64,000 bases of DNA from an uncultured Gammaproteobacteria bacterium (lineage in GTDB: Bacteria > Patescibacteriota > Patescibacteriia > UBA1558 > GWA2-36-10): assembly GCA_964515785.1 (NCBI GenBank), contig CAZEWH010000004.1:3105-67104 (forward strand), written 5' to 3'. The position numbers were made by a program, and so were the translations under genes. Below, one piece after another: positions 30,142 through 39,706 of this stretch. The stretch's first letter is position 1, and each line of letters starts with the position of its first letter. Under the pieces are notes generated by a model that made no database searches, had not been told where the DNA came from, and was given only the letters and a program-made list of their open reading frames with translations.

Positions 30142-30318
30142 ATGGCTATACAGCAACACTGGATTTGCCCTAGTTGCGGCACAAATAATGTCGCTCAAGG
30201 ATACTGCAGTGGCCACAAATGCAACATGGATATACATACTGTAGAACGAATTATGCTGCGTAATTTTGAACGCGAACAGGCCGAAGCTGACAATGCTGAT
30301 CAAAAAGAGAAGTCTTAG
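30142..30318 (+). CDS. 58-aa zinc-ribbon protein (not in ORF track)
   Basis: MAIQQHWICPSCGTNN...YCSGHKC...; TTGACA-17-TAATCT, SD AAGGAGG. Confidence 0.75.
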   Translation: MAIQQHWICPSCGTNNVAQGYCSGHKCNMDIHTVERIMLRNFEREQAEADNADQKEKS

Positions 30319-30737
30319 ACTTCTCTTTTTTTATTTCTTATAAATAATTCAAAAATTAATATCCAGATCACTCCTAGAGAAATATAGATATCAGCTATAT
30401 TAAAAACTGTGAACCATTCTATATTTATAAAGTCTACAACACCCTGATATAGGATTCTGTCGAGCAAATTACTCACAGCTCCTATTATAATCAGACCCCA
30501 AGGCCAGATGAGCATACTTTTCTGGCGCCAAGCAATCAACCACAGCCAAATAATTATAAATAAAATAATTATAATCGCTGGATACAGGATCCAAATAGGT
30601 AAAGGCCAAGAAAATGCAATATTTTGATTTAAATGAAGCTGAAAAAATCCGTCTGCAGACGGATTTTTTAGTTGATAAATCTTTGTAGACCTATCTATAA
30701 TAAATAAGATGATTAGACTAAGAAAATATTTAGTCAT
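30315..30737 (-). CDS. lspA: signal peptidase II
   Basis: NQNIAFS, GAVSNLLDR, VVDFI, VFNIAD. Confidence 0.92.
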   Translation of the reverse strand: MTKYFLSLIILFIIDRSTKIYQLKNPSADGFFQLHLNQNIAFSWPLPIWILYPAIIIILFIIIWLWLIAWRQKSMLIWPWGLIIIGAVSNLLDRILYQGVVDFINIEWFTVFNIADIYISLGVIWILIFELFIRNKKREV

Positions 30738-30744
30738 GATAGAT

Positions 30745-31107
30745 TTATAATACTTTTTTCTTGCAAGCCATACAAGAAGTAGCAGAAGGAAAAGCTTTTA
30801 GTCGTTCGGGTGCAATAGGACCCTCACATTTTTCACAAAGACCATAACTTCCCTCTTCAACTTTCTTTAAAGCTTTATTAACATTAAACAAAGAAACCTC
30901 AAGAGTCTTTTCCAAAGACAAATTCTTTTCAAAATTGGCTACCTCAGCAGCATTTTCATCGTCCTTATCACCATAGTCAACAAACTTAGCATCATAGTCA
31001 TTCTCTGATACTTGAATTGCATCAGCTTTGAGCTCTTTTAATATTTCATCACGGCGTTTTGATAAATCTTCCTTGCGTTCGGCAATAAAATCTTTGTCTA
31101 ACTTCAT
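30745..31107 (-). CDS. TraR/DksA C4 zinc-finger protein
   Basis: GSYGLCEKCEGPIAPERLKAFPSATSCMAC. Confidence 0.9.
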   Translation of the reverse strand: MKLDKDFIAERKEDLSKRRDEILKELKADAIQVSENDYDAKFVDYGDKDDENAAEVANFEKNLSLEKTLEVSLFNVNKALKKVEEGSYGLCEKCEGPIAPERLKAFPSATSCMACKKKVL

Positions 31108-31187
31108 ATATTTAATCTTAATTCTTAAAAATATAACATATACATAATAGCAAATCAGGCTTTAAAAATCAAGATTATTAAAGCAAT

Positions 31188-31549
31188 AAGAAAAGGCGCA
31201 CTCCGGTGCCCAAAATCATTGTTTTATGGCTGGTTGTGCGCCTTTGGCGCTTTGACAGGATGACTCGCATCAACTTTTTGTAAGTTAAATTGGCGGGTTA
31301 TATAACCTGTTAAGGCATCATTTGCTCCAGTCTGACTCGAGGAGCCGCCACTTTACCATTTTTTGGTATCGATTTCATCCCGCCGCAGGCGGGACAGAAT
31401 GATCCTTTTTAGTATTTTTGTTTTTGTTTTTTTGGTGGAAAACAGTCAGGGTGTTTTCCTAATATTGAAAAACAGTAAAATGGAAGGAGTTATATACTAG
31501 CTGACGCTAATATGCAATTCCCTCAAATATTTTAATGAACTCTTATCTA
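31188..31549 (-). ncRNA. candidate ~360-nt stand-alone structured RNA
   Basis: Promoter TTGACC-17-TATAAT (31583-31555), boxA-like GTTCATTAAAA, many stems, closing AAAGGCGCAC/GTGCGCCTTTT, no convincing ORF. Confidence 0.6.
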
Positions 31550-31718
31550 CATTCATTATATCATATAACAAGGCTTTGGTCAACGCTAATTATTAGCTAA
31601 TATTAGATAAAATTTAAAATAATTAAAATATAATTTGACAAGATTGGCAAAAATAATTCAAAAACATTAACAAGTTATCCACAAGCCTTCGCTAAGGCTA
31701 CGGCAATGCAGGCAAAAC

Positions 31719-33041
31719 TTAAAAGCAAAGTTGCCAGGCGTTTATATTATTATTACTATAAGATATAAATTTTAAGTTACTTATATCTTGAGATTCTAAA
31801 TATTGTTTAATAGAGCTATTTTTCAACTTATTGGTCTGCCAAACTACAAAATCGTTTATTTGATTATTATTATCAAGGCAATCTGACCAAAGAGTAGTTA
31901 TCAGATAATCACTACTCAAAATATCTTCTATCAAATATTGCTTATTACTAAGATAATAAATATCTTCACGCTCAACGCCATAAAGTCCATCTATCTGCCA
32001 ATAATTTTGTTCATAATATGCGTGTTGAATAATTTCTGGAGAACTACTAGCTATAAATTCTACATAAGCTGTACCATCTGACAAAACTTTGGTGATTTCT
32101 TGCAAATCAAAACTGCTTGCCAAATCAAAATTAAGTTTTTGCCAATCTTGATCACTGGCCATCAACCAATTTTCTTCATGTTGCCAAACAATTATGTCAT
32201 TTTTAGTAAAATCATAATATGGCAAACTACTAAACTGCTTTTCCAAGATATTTGTCTTTATAAAATCATCAAAAGTTAACATAGAGTCAGCTGATAAGCC
32301 AATTGCATTATCAAAATCATATAATCTTCTGGTATTAGCAAAAAAATTATTTGTCATGGCAGGTAAATTATTATTTTTAACTTGCCAAATATTAATTTTA
32401 TTCAAATTACCAGCTGTATTTTGAAAATTTACAAAAATTTCAGATTCTGTAAACATAGGTTCTAGCCAAATAGATAATTTTTGCAAAAATTCTGGTGAAT
32501 TATCTAAACTCCAATACATACTAACTCCAGTATCTATATTATTGACTGTAAATTTGCTAACCAATAACTTTGGTAAGCTATTGGGTAGTTCTGGAGACGG
32601 CGTAATCAATAAAATCTTTTTATGGGGTCTATAAAATACCAACTCAGGGTATTGTTCTTTGAGCTGGTCAATATAACTCTGAGAAATAGAAGATAATCTT
32701 AATAAATAATGATCTTGATCAGAGCTAGTTTTGAACCAAACTAGCTCTTCTAACCTACTCTGACTGTCTACTAATATATCTGATACTTCACTTAGCCTTG
32801 TATCAGCTATATTATCATCAAAAAGCTCAAAGTCATGCCAAGGGTTGGCTTTGATAGCTTTGTTGTTGGCCCATTGATAATAAAAAGTAGTATTATCTGG
32901 CAAAAAACCTTTAGCATAGACGTCTGGTCCCTTAGACCAAAACATAGCGAATAACAAAACAACTATCAAAACTGCCAAAACCAACAAAATCTTGACATTG
33001 GGAATAGCTATATGCTTTTTAAAAACTTTTAATAGATCCAC
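31719..33041 (-). CDS. hypothetical membrane-anchored protein
   Basis: 440 aa ORF with N-terminal TM, directly after pnp. Confidence 0.7.
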   Translation of the reverse strand: MDLLKVFKKHIAIPNVKILLVLAVLIVVLLFAMFWSKGPDVYAKGFLPDNTTFYYQWANNKAIKANPWHDFELFDDNIADTRLSEVSDILVDSQSRLEELVWFKTSSDQDHYLLRLSSISQSYIDQLKEQYPELVFYRPHKKILLITPSPELPNSLPKLLVSKFTVNNIDTGVSMYWSLDNSPEFLQKLSIWLEPMFTESEIFVNFQNTAGNLNKINIWQVKNNNLPAMTNNFFANTRRLYDFDNAIGLSADSMLTFDDFIKTNILEKQFSSLPYYDFTKNDIIVWQHEENWLMASDQDWQKLNFDLASSFDLQEITKVLSDGTAYVEFIASSSPEIIQHAYYEQNYWQIDGLYGVEREDIYYLSNKQYLIEDILSSDYLITTLWSDCLDNNNQINDFVVWQTNKLKNSSIKQYLESQDISNLKFISYSNNNINAWQLCF

Positions 33042-33043
33042 TC

Positions 33044-35269
33044 TTATTTATTTTTATTGAAAAATCTTTTTTGTGGCTTTTGTGGGCCTTGTGGCCTCTG
33101 AGGTCTTTCAGCTGACTTGGCTGCAAAGTCTGGTTTTGGTAATAATTCTTTGATAGATAGACTAACACGTCCTTTTTCTTTATCAACTTCCATTACTTTA
33201 ACTTTTACCTTATCACCAACTTTTAAAACATCTGAAACTTTGGCAATTCTTTCATGAGATACTTGAGAAATATGAATCATACCATCTTTACCAGGCAATA
33301 CTTCAGCAATAGCACCAATTTCACTACCATTGTTTCTATCAGTAATAATCTTGACAATAGTACCATCATAGATTTCGCCCACTTCTAACTCTTTGACAAT
33401 ATTTTCAATCCACTCACGTGATTTTTTGGCACCGTCTGCATCAGTAGAAGTAATCATTACTAGACCATCTTGTTCGATATCAATAGCAACGTTGCATTTG
33501 TCAATAATTTCATTGATAATTTTACCACCAGAACCAATCACATCTCTGATTTTGTCTGGATCAATATTCATAGTATCAATACGTGGCGCATATTGTGATA
33601 ATTCAGGTCGTGGATCATGAATAGTCTTTTGCATAAGATCCAAAATATTAATTCGAGCTACTTTAGCACCTTCCAAAGTTTCTTTGACAATGTCATAGCC
33701 AATACCACCAAGCTTGATATCCAATTGAATAGCAGTAATCCCTTCTCGGGTTCCTGCTACTTTAAAATCCATATGTCCAGAGTGATCTTCAATGCCTTGA
33801 ATATCTGTCAGGATCTGATAATTTTTCTTATCATTATCATCAAGGACTAGACCCATAGCAATACCAGCTACTGGAGCTACAATCGGTACACCAGCATCCA
33901 TCAATGACAAAGTAGAGCCACAGATAGAGGCTTGAGAAGATGAACCATTTGATCCTAACACTTCAGACACTACTCTAATAGTATAAGGAAAAGATTCACT
34001 ATCTGGTAAAACCGGAATCAAAGCTTTTTCAGCTAAAGCTCCATGACCAATATCACGGCGACTAGGACCACGCAATGGTTTTACTTCACCAACTGAATAA
34101 CCAGGAAAATTGTAATGGTGCATGTACTTTTTGGTACCAGATTCTTCCATAGTATCTAGAGTTTGTTCATCACCAGGAGAACCAAGAGTCACAATAGATA
34201 AAACTTGAGTTTCACCTCGAGAAAATAAACCACTGCCATGAGTCCGAGGTAAGATAGCTACCTCAGCTGATAAATCTCTAACTTCATCAAATTTTCTATT
34301 GTCTGGTCGTTGCTTTTTTTCTAAAATCAAAGTCTTGAAGACTTTTTCTAGCTGTTCATCAATCATGGCTATACCCATAGCTCGCATATCTTTGTTTACT
34401 TCATTGTCTTCTTTAAGAGCTTCGTTAACCTCTGCCTTAATATTGTCGATAGCTTGGCGCATCTTAGCTTTGTCAGGGCAAAAACATTCAGATAAATCGT
34501 GTTTATCCAAAACTTGATTTACTTTTGTACTCACTTGCTGAACTAAAGCTTCTTTAGCTTCATCAATCTCTGGAGTTTTCTTTGCTACCCCAACTTCTTT
34601 AATAATATCTTCGATAAAAGGTACTAATTTTGCAATATGTTTACCAGCAAAAGCAATAGCTTCATACATGTCTGCTTCTTTGATTTGTTTGGCACCAGCT
34701 TCGATCATGATCACTTCATCTTTACTACCTGCTACAAACAATTCAAAGTCTGATTTTTGTTTTGCCTCTACTGTTGGGTTGAGTACCAACTCTCCTCCAA
34801 TTCTACCAACTGCTACAGCAGCCAAAGGACCAGCCCAAGGAATAGCTGAAGTACCTAAAGCCACAGAAGCTGCAATGGTTGCTGCAAAATCTGGATCGTT
34901 GATACCATCATATGACAGTACAGTAATAACTACTTGGACATCGTTACGTTCTGTTTCTTTAAATAATGGTCGGATAGAACGATCAATCAGACGGGCAGTC
35001 AAAACTGCATCATCAGTAGCTCTACCTTCACGTTTGATAAAACGAGAACCCTTGATCTTACCAGCTGCATAGAGCCGTTCTTCATAATCCACCATCAATG
35101 GAAAATAATCCACGCCTTCGCGGGGAGTCCTAGCTGTCACTGCTGTAGCCAAAACTACAGTTTCACCATATGTGACAGTACAAGAGCCATGAGCTTGTTT
35201 GGCAAGTCTACCAGTCTCAACAACCAGCTCTTTACCAGCAATGGTTGTGTTAAATTTTTTGATTGACAT
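33044..35269 (-). CDS. pnp: polyribonucleotide nucleotidyltransferase
   Basis: RNase PH domains (HGSGLFSRGETQ, DFKVAGT), KH, S1. Confidence 0.98.
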   Translation of the reverse strand: MSIKKFNTTIAGKELVVETGRLAKQAHGSCTVTYGETVVLATAVTARTPREGVDYFPLMVDYEERLYAAGKIKGSRFIKREGRATDDAVLTARLIDRSIRPLFKETERNDVQVVITVLSYDGINDPDFAATIAASVALGTSAIPWAGPLAAVAVGRIGGELVLNPTVEAKQKSDFELFVAGSKDEVIMIEAGAKQIKEADMYEAIAFAGKHIAKLVPFIEDIIKEVGVAKKTPEIDEAKEALVQQVSTKVNQVLDKHDLSECFCPDKAKMRQAIDNIKAEVNEALKEDNEVNKDMRAMGIAMIDEQLEKVFKTLILEKKQRPDNRKFDEVRDLSAEVAILPRTHGSGLFSRGETQVLSIVTLGSPGDEQTLDTMEESGTKKYMHHYNFPGYSVGEVKPLRGPSRRDIGHGALAEKALIPVLPDSESFPYTIRVVSEVLGSNGSSSQASICGSTLSLMDAGVPIVAPVAGIAMGLVLDDNDKKNYQILTDIQGIEDHSGHMDFKVAGTREGITAIQLDIKLGGIGYDIVKETLEGAKVARINILDLMQKTIHDPRPELSQYAPRIDTMNIDPDKIRDVIGSGGKIINEIIDKCNVAIDIEQDGLVMITSTDADGAKKSREWIENIVKELEVGEIYDGTIVKIITDRNNGSEIGAIAEVLPGKDGMIHISQVSHERIAKVSDVLKVGDKVKVKVMEVDKEKGRVSLSIKELLPKPDFAAKSAERPQRPQGPQKPQKRFFNKNK

Positions 35270-35273
35270 AAGT

Positions 35274-35301
35274 CAACTCCTTTCTTATTGCCCGGGAGTT
35301 G
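35274..35301 (-). promoter_or_regulatory. hairpin sequestering the pnp SD
   Basis: CAACTCC-14 nt-GGAGTTG covers the GGAG of AAAGGAG. Confidence 0.45.
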
Positions 35302-35432
35302 ATATAGCAAGCACCAAATTATTAAAAACTAATAACCCAATGTCTGCTTACCAACATAATAACCGGATAATTTATTTTATTAAAAATTATTAAATAACAT
35401 TAAAGCCCAAACCGAGGCTTGGGCCTTAAAAT

Positions 35433-35798
35433 TTATTCTTGAATATCTTGTTCGTTATTGTTTTGTTCTTCTTCACTAGATTCTTTGGCTTTGATCTTGA
35501 TTCCTATTGAATCTTCAATAGGTTCTTTTTTAGTCATCTTAAGACCAAGAGCTTTGACTATTTTTTTGAATCTTTTTTCATCTTCTCTTTCTAAATAACG
35601 CAATAGTCTGTGTCGTAAAGAAACTTTGGCTAATAAACCACGACGAGATGAAAAATCTTTTTTATTTTCACGCAAATGATTGGTAAGATCTTTGATCTCT
35701 GCAGTCAAAATAGCGATCTGCACTTCAGAAGAACCAGTATCATTTTTGTGAGTCTTGTATTTATCAATCAGCTTTTGCTTCTTTTTCTTGTCTAACAT
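35433..35798 (-). CDS. rpsO: 30S ribosomal protein S15 with C-terminal extension
   Basis: DTGSSEVQIAILT, DFSSRRGLL. Confidence 0.95.
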   Translation of the reverse strand: MLDKKKKQKLIDKYKTHKNDTGSSEVQIAILTAEIKDLTNHLRENKKDFSSRRGLLAKVSLRHRLLRYLEREDEKRFKKIVKALGLKMTKKEPIEDSIGIKIKAKESSEEEQNNNEQDIQE

Positions 35799-35813
35799 AA
35801 TTTTTCTTTCTAA

Positions 35814-35873
35814 AGCCATAATCCGAGCCTGATCTCAAGTTAGACTTGGTCAGATCATACCCAGAATTAGGCT
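35814..35873 (-). promoter_or_regulatory. putative S15 autoregulatory leader hairpin
   Basis: AGCCTAATTCTGGG.TGATCT..CAAGT/ACTTG.AGATCA..CTCGGATTATGGCT. Confidence 0.55.
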
Positions 35874-35998
35874 ACTACTTAATTAAAAACGTCTTTACAC
35901 TAACATTTTTATAGCAAAAAGTCAACCCCGTATGTCGCTTCAGATCCTAGGGGGCAAGTACTATTTTAAAAGAACGTTCTTTGTGCTAAAGTTATAAT

Positions 35999-36790
35999 AT
36001 GAAAAATAAAACGACACTAACAGCTTATAAAAAATATTTAAGAAGTCTTGATATCAAATCCTCCACTCTGAAAAACTATATCTGGCATATTGAGCAATTT
36101 TTGTCCTGGCTTGATGATCAAGCTATGACCCAAGCTAATCTAAAAAGCTATTATAATTTTTTACTAAAAAAATACCCAAAAATAGCGACTATAAATTTGC
36201 ACTTAGTAGTCGTAAATAAGTTTTTAAAATTTCATAAAAAAAGATTTCGCTTTGATCTACTAACACCCAAGACAGAACCACTCGCAATATTGACTCCAGC
36301 GCAATTGCAAAAATTTTTAGAACAACCAGTCAAAAATCCTAATCTGACAGGCATCAGAGATAAAGCTTTATTAGAATTATTATATTCTAGTGGCTTAAAA
36401 ATTGGTCAATTAGTCAAACTAGAGAAAAAATTTATAGATAATATAAAGCAAGAATTAATTTTTAATAAAAATAATATTAGTATCCCGCCACTGGCTTGGG
36501 CTGCCTTAGAAAAATATCTAAAATATAGACAAGACGACAATCCCTGGCTATTTACCAACTTAGATAGAGCTAATAAAAACATAGACAGTCATCTATCTAT
36601 TAGATCAGTTGAAAGAATTATCTCTAAATATGCGCAAAAATTAAAACCAGTCTTGAAAATCAATCCTCAGGTTTTAAGAAACACTTTAGCATACAACCTC
36701 AAACAAGAAGGTGCTCAAATCCAAGGCCTTAAACATGCTTTACATTTTAAGACTAAGGTTGGTGCCAAAAACTATTGGCACAAAATATAG
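35999..36790 (+). CDS. XerC/D-like tyrosine recombinase homolog with degenerate active site
   Basis: RDKALLELLYSSGLKIGQL, INPQVLRNT, ALHF..KNY. Confidence 0.8.
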   Translation: MKNKTTLTAYKKYLRSLDIKSSTLKNYIWHIEQFLSWLDDQAMTQANLKSYYNFLLKKYPKIATINLHLVVVNKFLKFHKKRFRFDLLTPKTEPLAILTPAQLQKFLEQPVKNPNLTGIRDKALLELLYSSGLKIGQLVKLEKKFIDNIKQELIFNKNNISIPPLAWAALEKYLKYRQDDNPWLFTNLDRANKNIDSHLSIRSVERIISKYAQKLKPVLKINPQVLRNTLAYNLKQEGAQIQGLKHALHFKTKVGAKNYWHKI

Positions 36791-36879
36791 GTTGACAATT
36801 CTATAAAATAAGTATTTAATAAAATATAATCATTGTTTTTTCACCTCCAAACCAAAACACCTCGAAAGGAGGTGAAATC

Positions 36880-37197
36880 ATGAACATGCTCTTTTATACC
36901 CTTGAAGACAAGGATCAGTCAGAGATCATGGTGCATTGCACCGAAGCTGCTCAGGCCGATAAAGCTGCTGCTGAGATTGCCAATGGTAGTGACACTATCA
37001 AGGTCTTGGATTTTGTCAGACTCAATGGCATGGCCAAATCTATGAGGACTGGCTCAGCTCTAGTGATTCTCAAAAAGCTTCTTGGGATTCGTATCAAATC
37101 TGACGATGGTTCTTTTATTAGCGCTATAGAGCACTTGCTCGCTAGGGCTGCCAACTCAGGGAGGAAGATTGCCAATGGAAAAACAAGACCCCACTAG
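36880..37197 (+). CDS. hypothetical protein (orphan unit)
   Basis: SD AAAGGAGGTGA, TTGACA 36792, terminator at about 37240-37277. Confidence 0.75.
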   Translation: MNMLFYTLEDKDQSEIMVHCTEAAQADKAAAEIANGSDTIKVLDFVRLNGMAKSMRTGSALVILKKLLGIRIKSDDGSFISAIEHLLARAANSGRKIANGKTRPH

Positions 37198-37291
37198 TTC
37201 CTGGCACAAACACCTTTGCTCTGCACCTGAGGAACCATAAAACCCCCAACTTATGTTGTATATTAGTGGGGGTTTTTATTTTTGTATAAAA

Positions 37292-37660
37292 TTATTCTAA
37301 ATCACCAATGTAAAAATCAGGAAGATAGCTGCTAGCCTTCTCAGAATGTGGTGTATCAAAAAATAAATCTGTAGCATCCTTACCACAACCTTCTAATAAA
37401 TCTTTGCCGCCAGGATGACTGTCTTCATAACCAGTTACATCATAAACCTTATTATTTATGACAAGCCAACAATCTTCTTGATTGTCATGTCTAGCCAATT
37501 CATCTATAGAAAAAACATTTTGTCCCACATTAATAATATAATTACCATCTTCAATATTTATTGTTTCAGCGGGTGGATTTGATGTTTTGGTATCAACAGT
37601 CTTATTGCCACAAGCGGTTAAGACCAGTAAAAAAACTGATAGTAAAATAAAATATTTCAT
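37292..37660 (-). CDS. cytochrome b5-like lipoprotein
   Basis: Lipobox LTAC, DCWLVINNKVYDVT, HPGG. Confidence 0.9.
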   Translation of the reverse strand: MKYFILLSVFLLVLTACGNKTVDTKTSNPPAETINIEDGNYIINVGQNVFSIDELARHDNQEDCWLVINNKVYDVTGYEDSHPGGKDLLEGCGKDATDLFFDTPHSEKASSYLPDFYIGDLE

Positions 37661-37737
37661 AAATATATTATAGCTTAGTTTGTGATATTTTCAAAACATG
37701 ATATAATAAAAACACTTAAGAATTAAGCGATATCTAT

Positions 37738-37791
37738 ATGAAAGATGCATGTCCTATTTGCGGGAATGAACCATGCACCTGCAACGAATAA
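37738..37791 (+). CDS. 17-aa Cys-rich micropeptide
   Basis: MKDACPICGNEPCTCNE*; TGATATAAT upstream; hairpin AAGTAGCCA-TT-TGGCTACTT followed by a T-run. Confidence 0.5.
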   Translation: MKDACPICGNEPCTCNE

Positions 37792-37912
37792 GTAGCCATT
37801 TGGCTACTTATTTTTTTGTTTGCCCTCACCCTTACCAAGGGGGAGAACCAATTGACAGAATCTATACTATATGATGAACTAGAAAAGGAGTACTTTCACA
37901 GGAGGTCATGAC

Positions 37913-38122
37913 ATGCCTCGTAAACCTAGGACAAAGTATAGAATATATTATTCTACTACTGAAGACGGTAAAAAAGTCAAAAAACTCATTGGTTATATCT
38001 GGGCCTATAGTAAAGCTCAGGCTGTTAGTGGCTTTCAAAAAGGCTATGGTCAAGCTGCCATTCCTGAAGCCCGCCAAGTGGCTTTTTTAGCCGATCATCT
38101 GCAAGCCGAAGTAGCTGCCTAG
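37913..38122 (+). CDS. hypothetical protein (orphan unit)
   Basis: SD AGGAGGT 6 nt before ATG; terminator at about 38105-38138. Confidence 0.65.
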   Translation: MPRKPRTKYRIYYSTTEDGKKVKKLIGYIWAYSKAQAVSGFQKGYGQAAIPEARQVAFLADHLQAEVAA

Positions 38123-38251
38123 GCACTTCGGTTTTTTTATTTGCTTATTAATACAATCTTGCTATAATACTAGGGATTTATAGCCCGCCCCCGCGGAGCT
38201 GGGGCGGGCTATATTCAACAACTTTTATTAACTAATAAGTAAATTAAAAAT

Positions 38252-39658
38252 ATGAAAAAAATTCTTTTTTCTTTCCTAATATTAGCCATAGCTGTACCAA
38301 TGCTAATGGCTGATACAGCTAAAGGTGAGGGCAGTTGTGCTGAAGATCGCATCGAACCAGTCATTAGTGGCGAGGTAGTCGATGGTGGTGTAACACTATC
38401 TTGGGACGCTATTGAGCATGATGGCCTCAAATGGTTTAAAGTCATTATCTCTAAATACAACACTCATCCTCGCTATGGCGATGATGGCTATCTGATGTAT
38501 ATCATCGACGAAGATGCTATATCTTATATGGTCAATAATTTGACTCCATATAGAAATGGAGACTTTGGTGAATTTTTGACCGAAGGTCAAGAGTATCATT
38601 TTGCTGTGACTGCAGTTTATGAATGTTCTGATGGTGGTACAAAAAAAGAAACCAGTAACCCCGTTACTTTGACTTTCCCAGGTGGTGTCGATAATCCTAT
38701 TAGTGATTATGCTGAACCAAATGTAACTGTCACTAGTGATGAAGATGGTGTCAAAGTTGCTTGGGACGAAATCGACGATGATAGACTACAAGGCTTCAAG
38801 GTTGTTGCTTCAAAGAACAACCCCAATCCTCAATATGGCCAAGATGGTTATTTGATGTATATCATTGATGAAGATTCAACATGGCATCTAGTCAATAATT
38901 CTCATCTATATAAAGATGGAGATATTGATGGCAAATTTAAACCAGGTGAAGATTATTACTTTACAGTTGCTGCCATCTATACTTATAAAAAAATAACTGG
39001 TAATGCCCAAGAAGCTGTCTACAATGGCCCAGCTCAACCAGAGGCTACTCTTGAGCCAGAACTAATTGAAATTGACAACAAAGCTACTCTTTTGAAAAAC
39101 GACAAAATGGGTGAAATCTTCCAAGAACTCAACCAACTACGTAATACTATCAGAGAACAAGCTAATGAAATCAAATATCTACACTCTTTAATAACTGACT
39201 TAGGCGGTTTACTTGAAGAAGCTAAACAGGCTCTTAATAATTTTATTACCTATGGTGTAGATGAAAATACCAAACAACTTGGCGAAGGTGAAAGAGCCGC
39301 TGTCATTCATTCTTACAAGAGTGCTTTTAACAAATTACCAGAAACTGAAAATGAATTATCTGATGCTGTCCGTATTGCCAATGGTCGCTGGCCAAGTATG
39401 ACTAGCCAATCGGCAGAAAACAAAGCTAAACAAAGCTTTAAGACTATCTACAAAAGAGATGCTGATATGGATCATCCCAATGACAATGCTGCTGTAACTG
39501 TCATGGCTTATGGCTTACGACAAAAAGCTACTAATCGTAATCTAGATAGTGAAAGAACTGGTATTCAGATCTTCAAAGATATCTTTGGACATACTCCAAA
39601 TACAACAGATGAATGGAACATTATGCAAGCTATTACTTATTCTGGCGCAACTCGATAA
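38252..39658 (+). CDS. secreted protein with two FnIII-like repeats and a helical C-terminal domain
   Basis: Signal peptide; duplicated FKV..SK.N..P.YG.DGYLMYIIDED module. Confidence 0.7.
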   Translation: MKKILFSFLILAIAVPMLMADTAKGEGSCAEDRIEPVISGEVVDGGVTLSWDAIEHDGLKWFKVIISKYNTHPRYGDDGYLMYIIDEDAISYMVNNLTPYRNGDFGEFLTEGQEYHFAVTAVYECSDGGTKKETSNPVTLTFPGGVDNPISDYAEPNVTVTSDEDGVKVAWDEIDDDRLQGFKVVASKNNPNPQYGQDGYLMYIIDEDSTWHLVNNSHLYKDGDIDGKFKPGEDYYFTVAAIYTYKKITGNAQEAVYNGPAQPEATLEPELIEIDNKATLLKNDKMGEIFQELNQLRNTIREQANEIKYLHSLITDLGGLLEEAKQALNNFITYGVDENTKQLGEGERAAVIHSYKSAFNKLPETENELSDAVRIANGRWPSMTSQSAENKAKQSFKTIYKRDADMDHPNDNAAVTVMAYGLRQKATNRNLDSERTGIQIFKDIFGHTPNTTDEWNIMQAITYSGATR

Positions 39659-39706
39659 ATTTTTATCATAAAACCGCCCGGCTTAGGCCGGGCGGTTTTT
39701 AGTTTT

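Noticed and set aside
31250-31410. RNase P RNA, tmRNA or T-box identity for the structured RNA
   Set aside because: GGTAAA and GGAGCAA occur, but GAGGAAAGTCC, ACAGAA..CGGCTTA, a tRNA-like end and the T-box GGTGGTACCGCG are absent.
35968-35982. LexA (Cheo) box AGAACGTTCT before the Xer-like gene
   Set aside because: It lacks the 4-nt spacer of GAAC-N4-GTTC and occurs once.
35999-38122. Integron or prophage anchored on the tyrosine recombinase
   Set aside because: No attC-like sites, IntI insertion, phage genes or att duplication seen, and the active site is degenerate.
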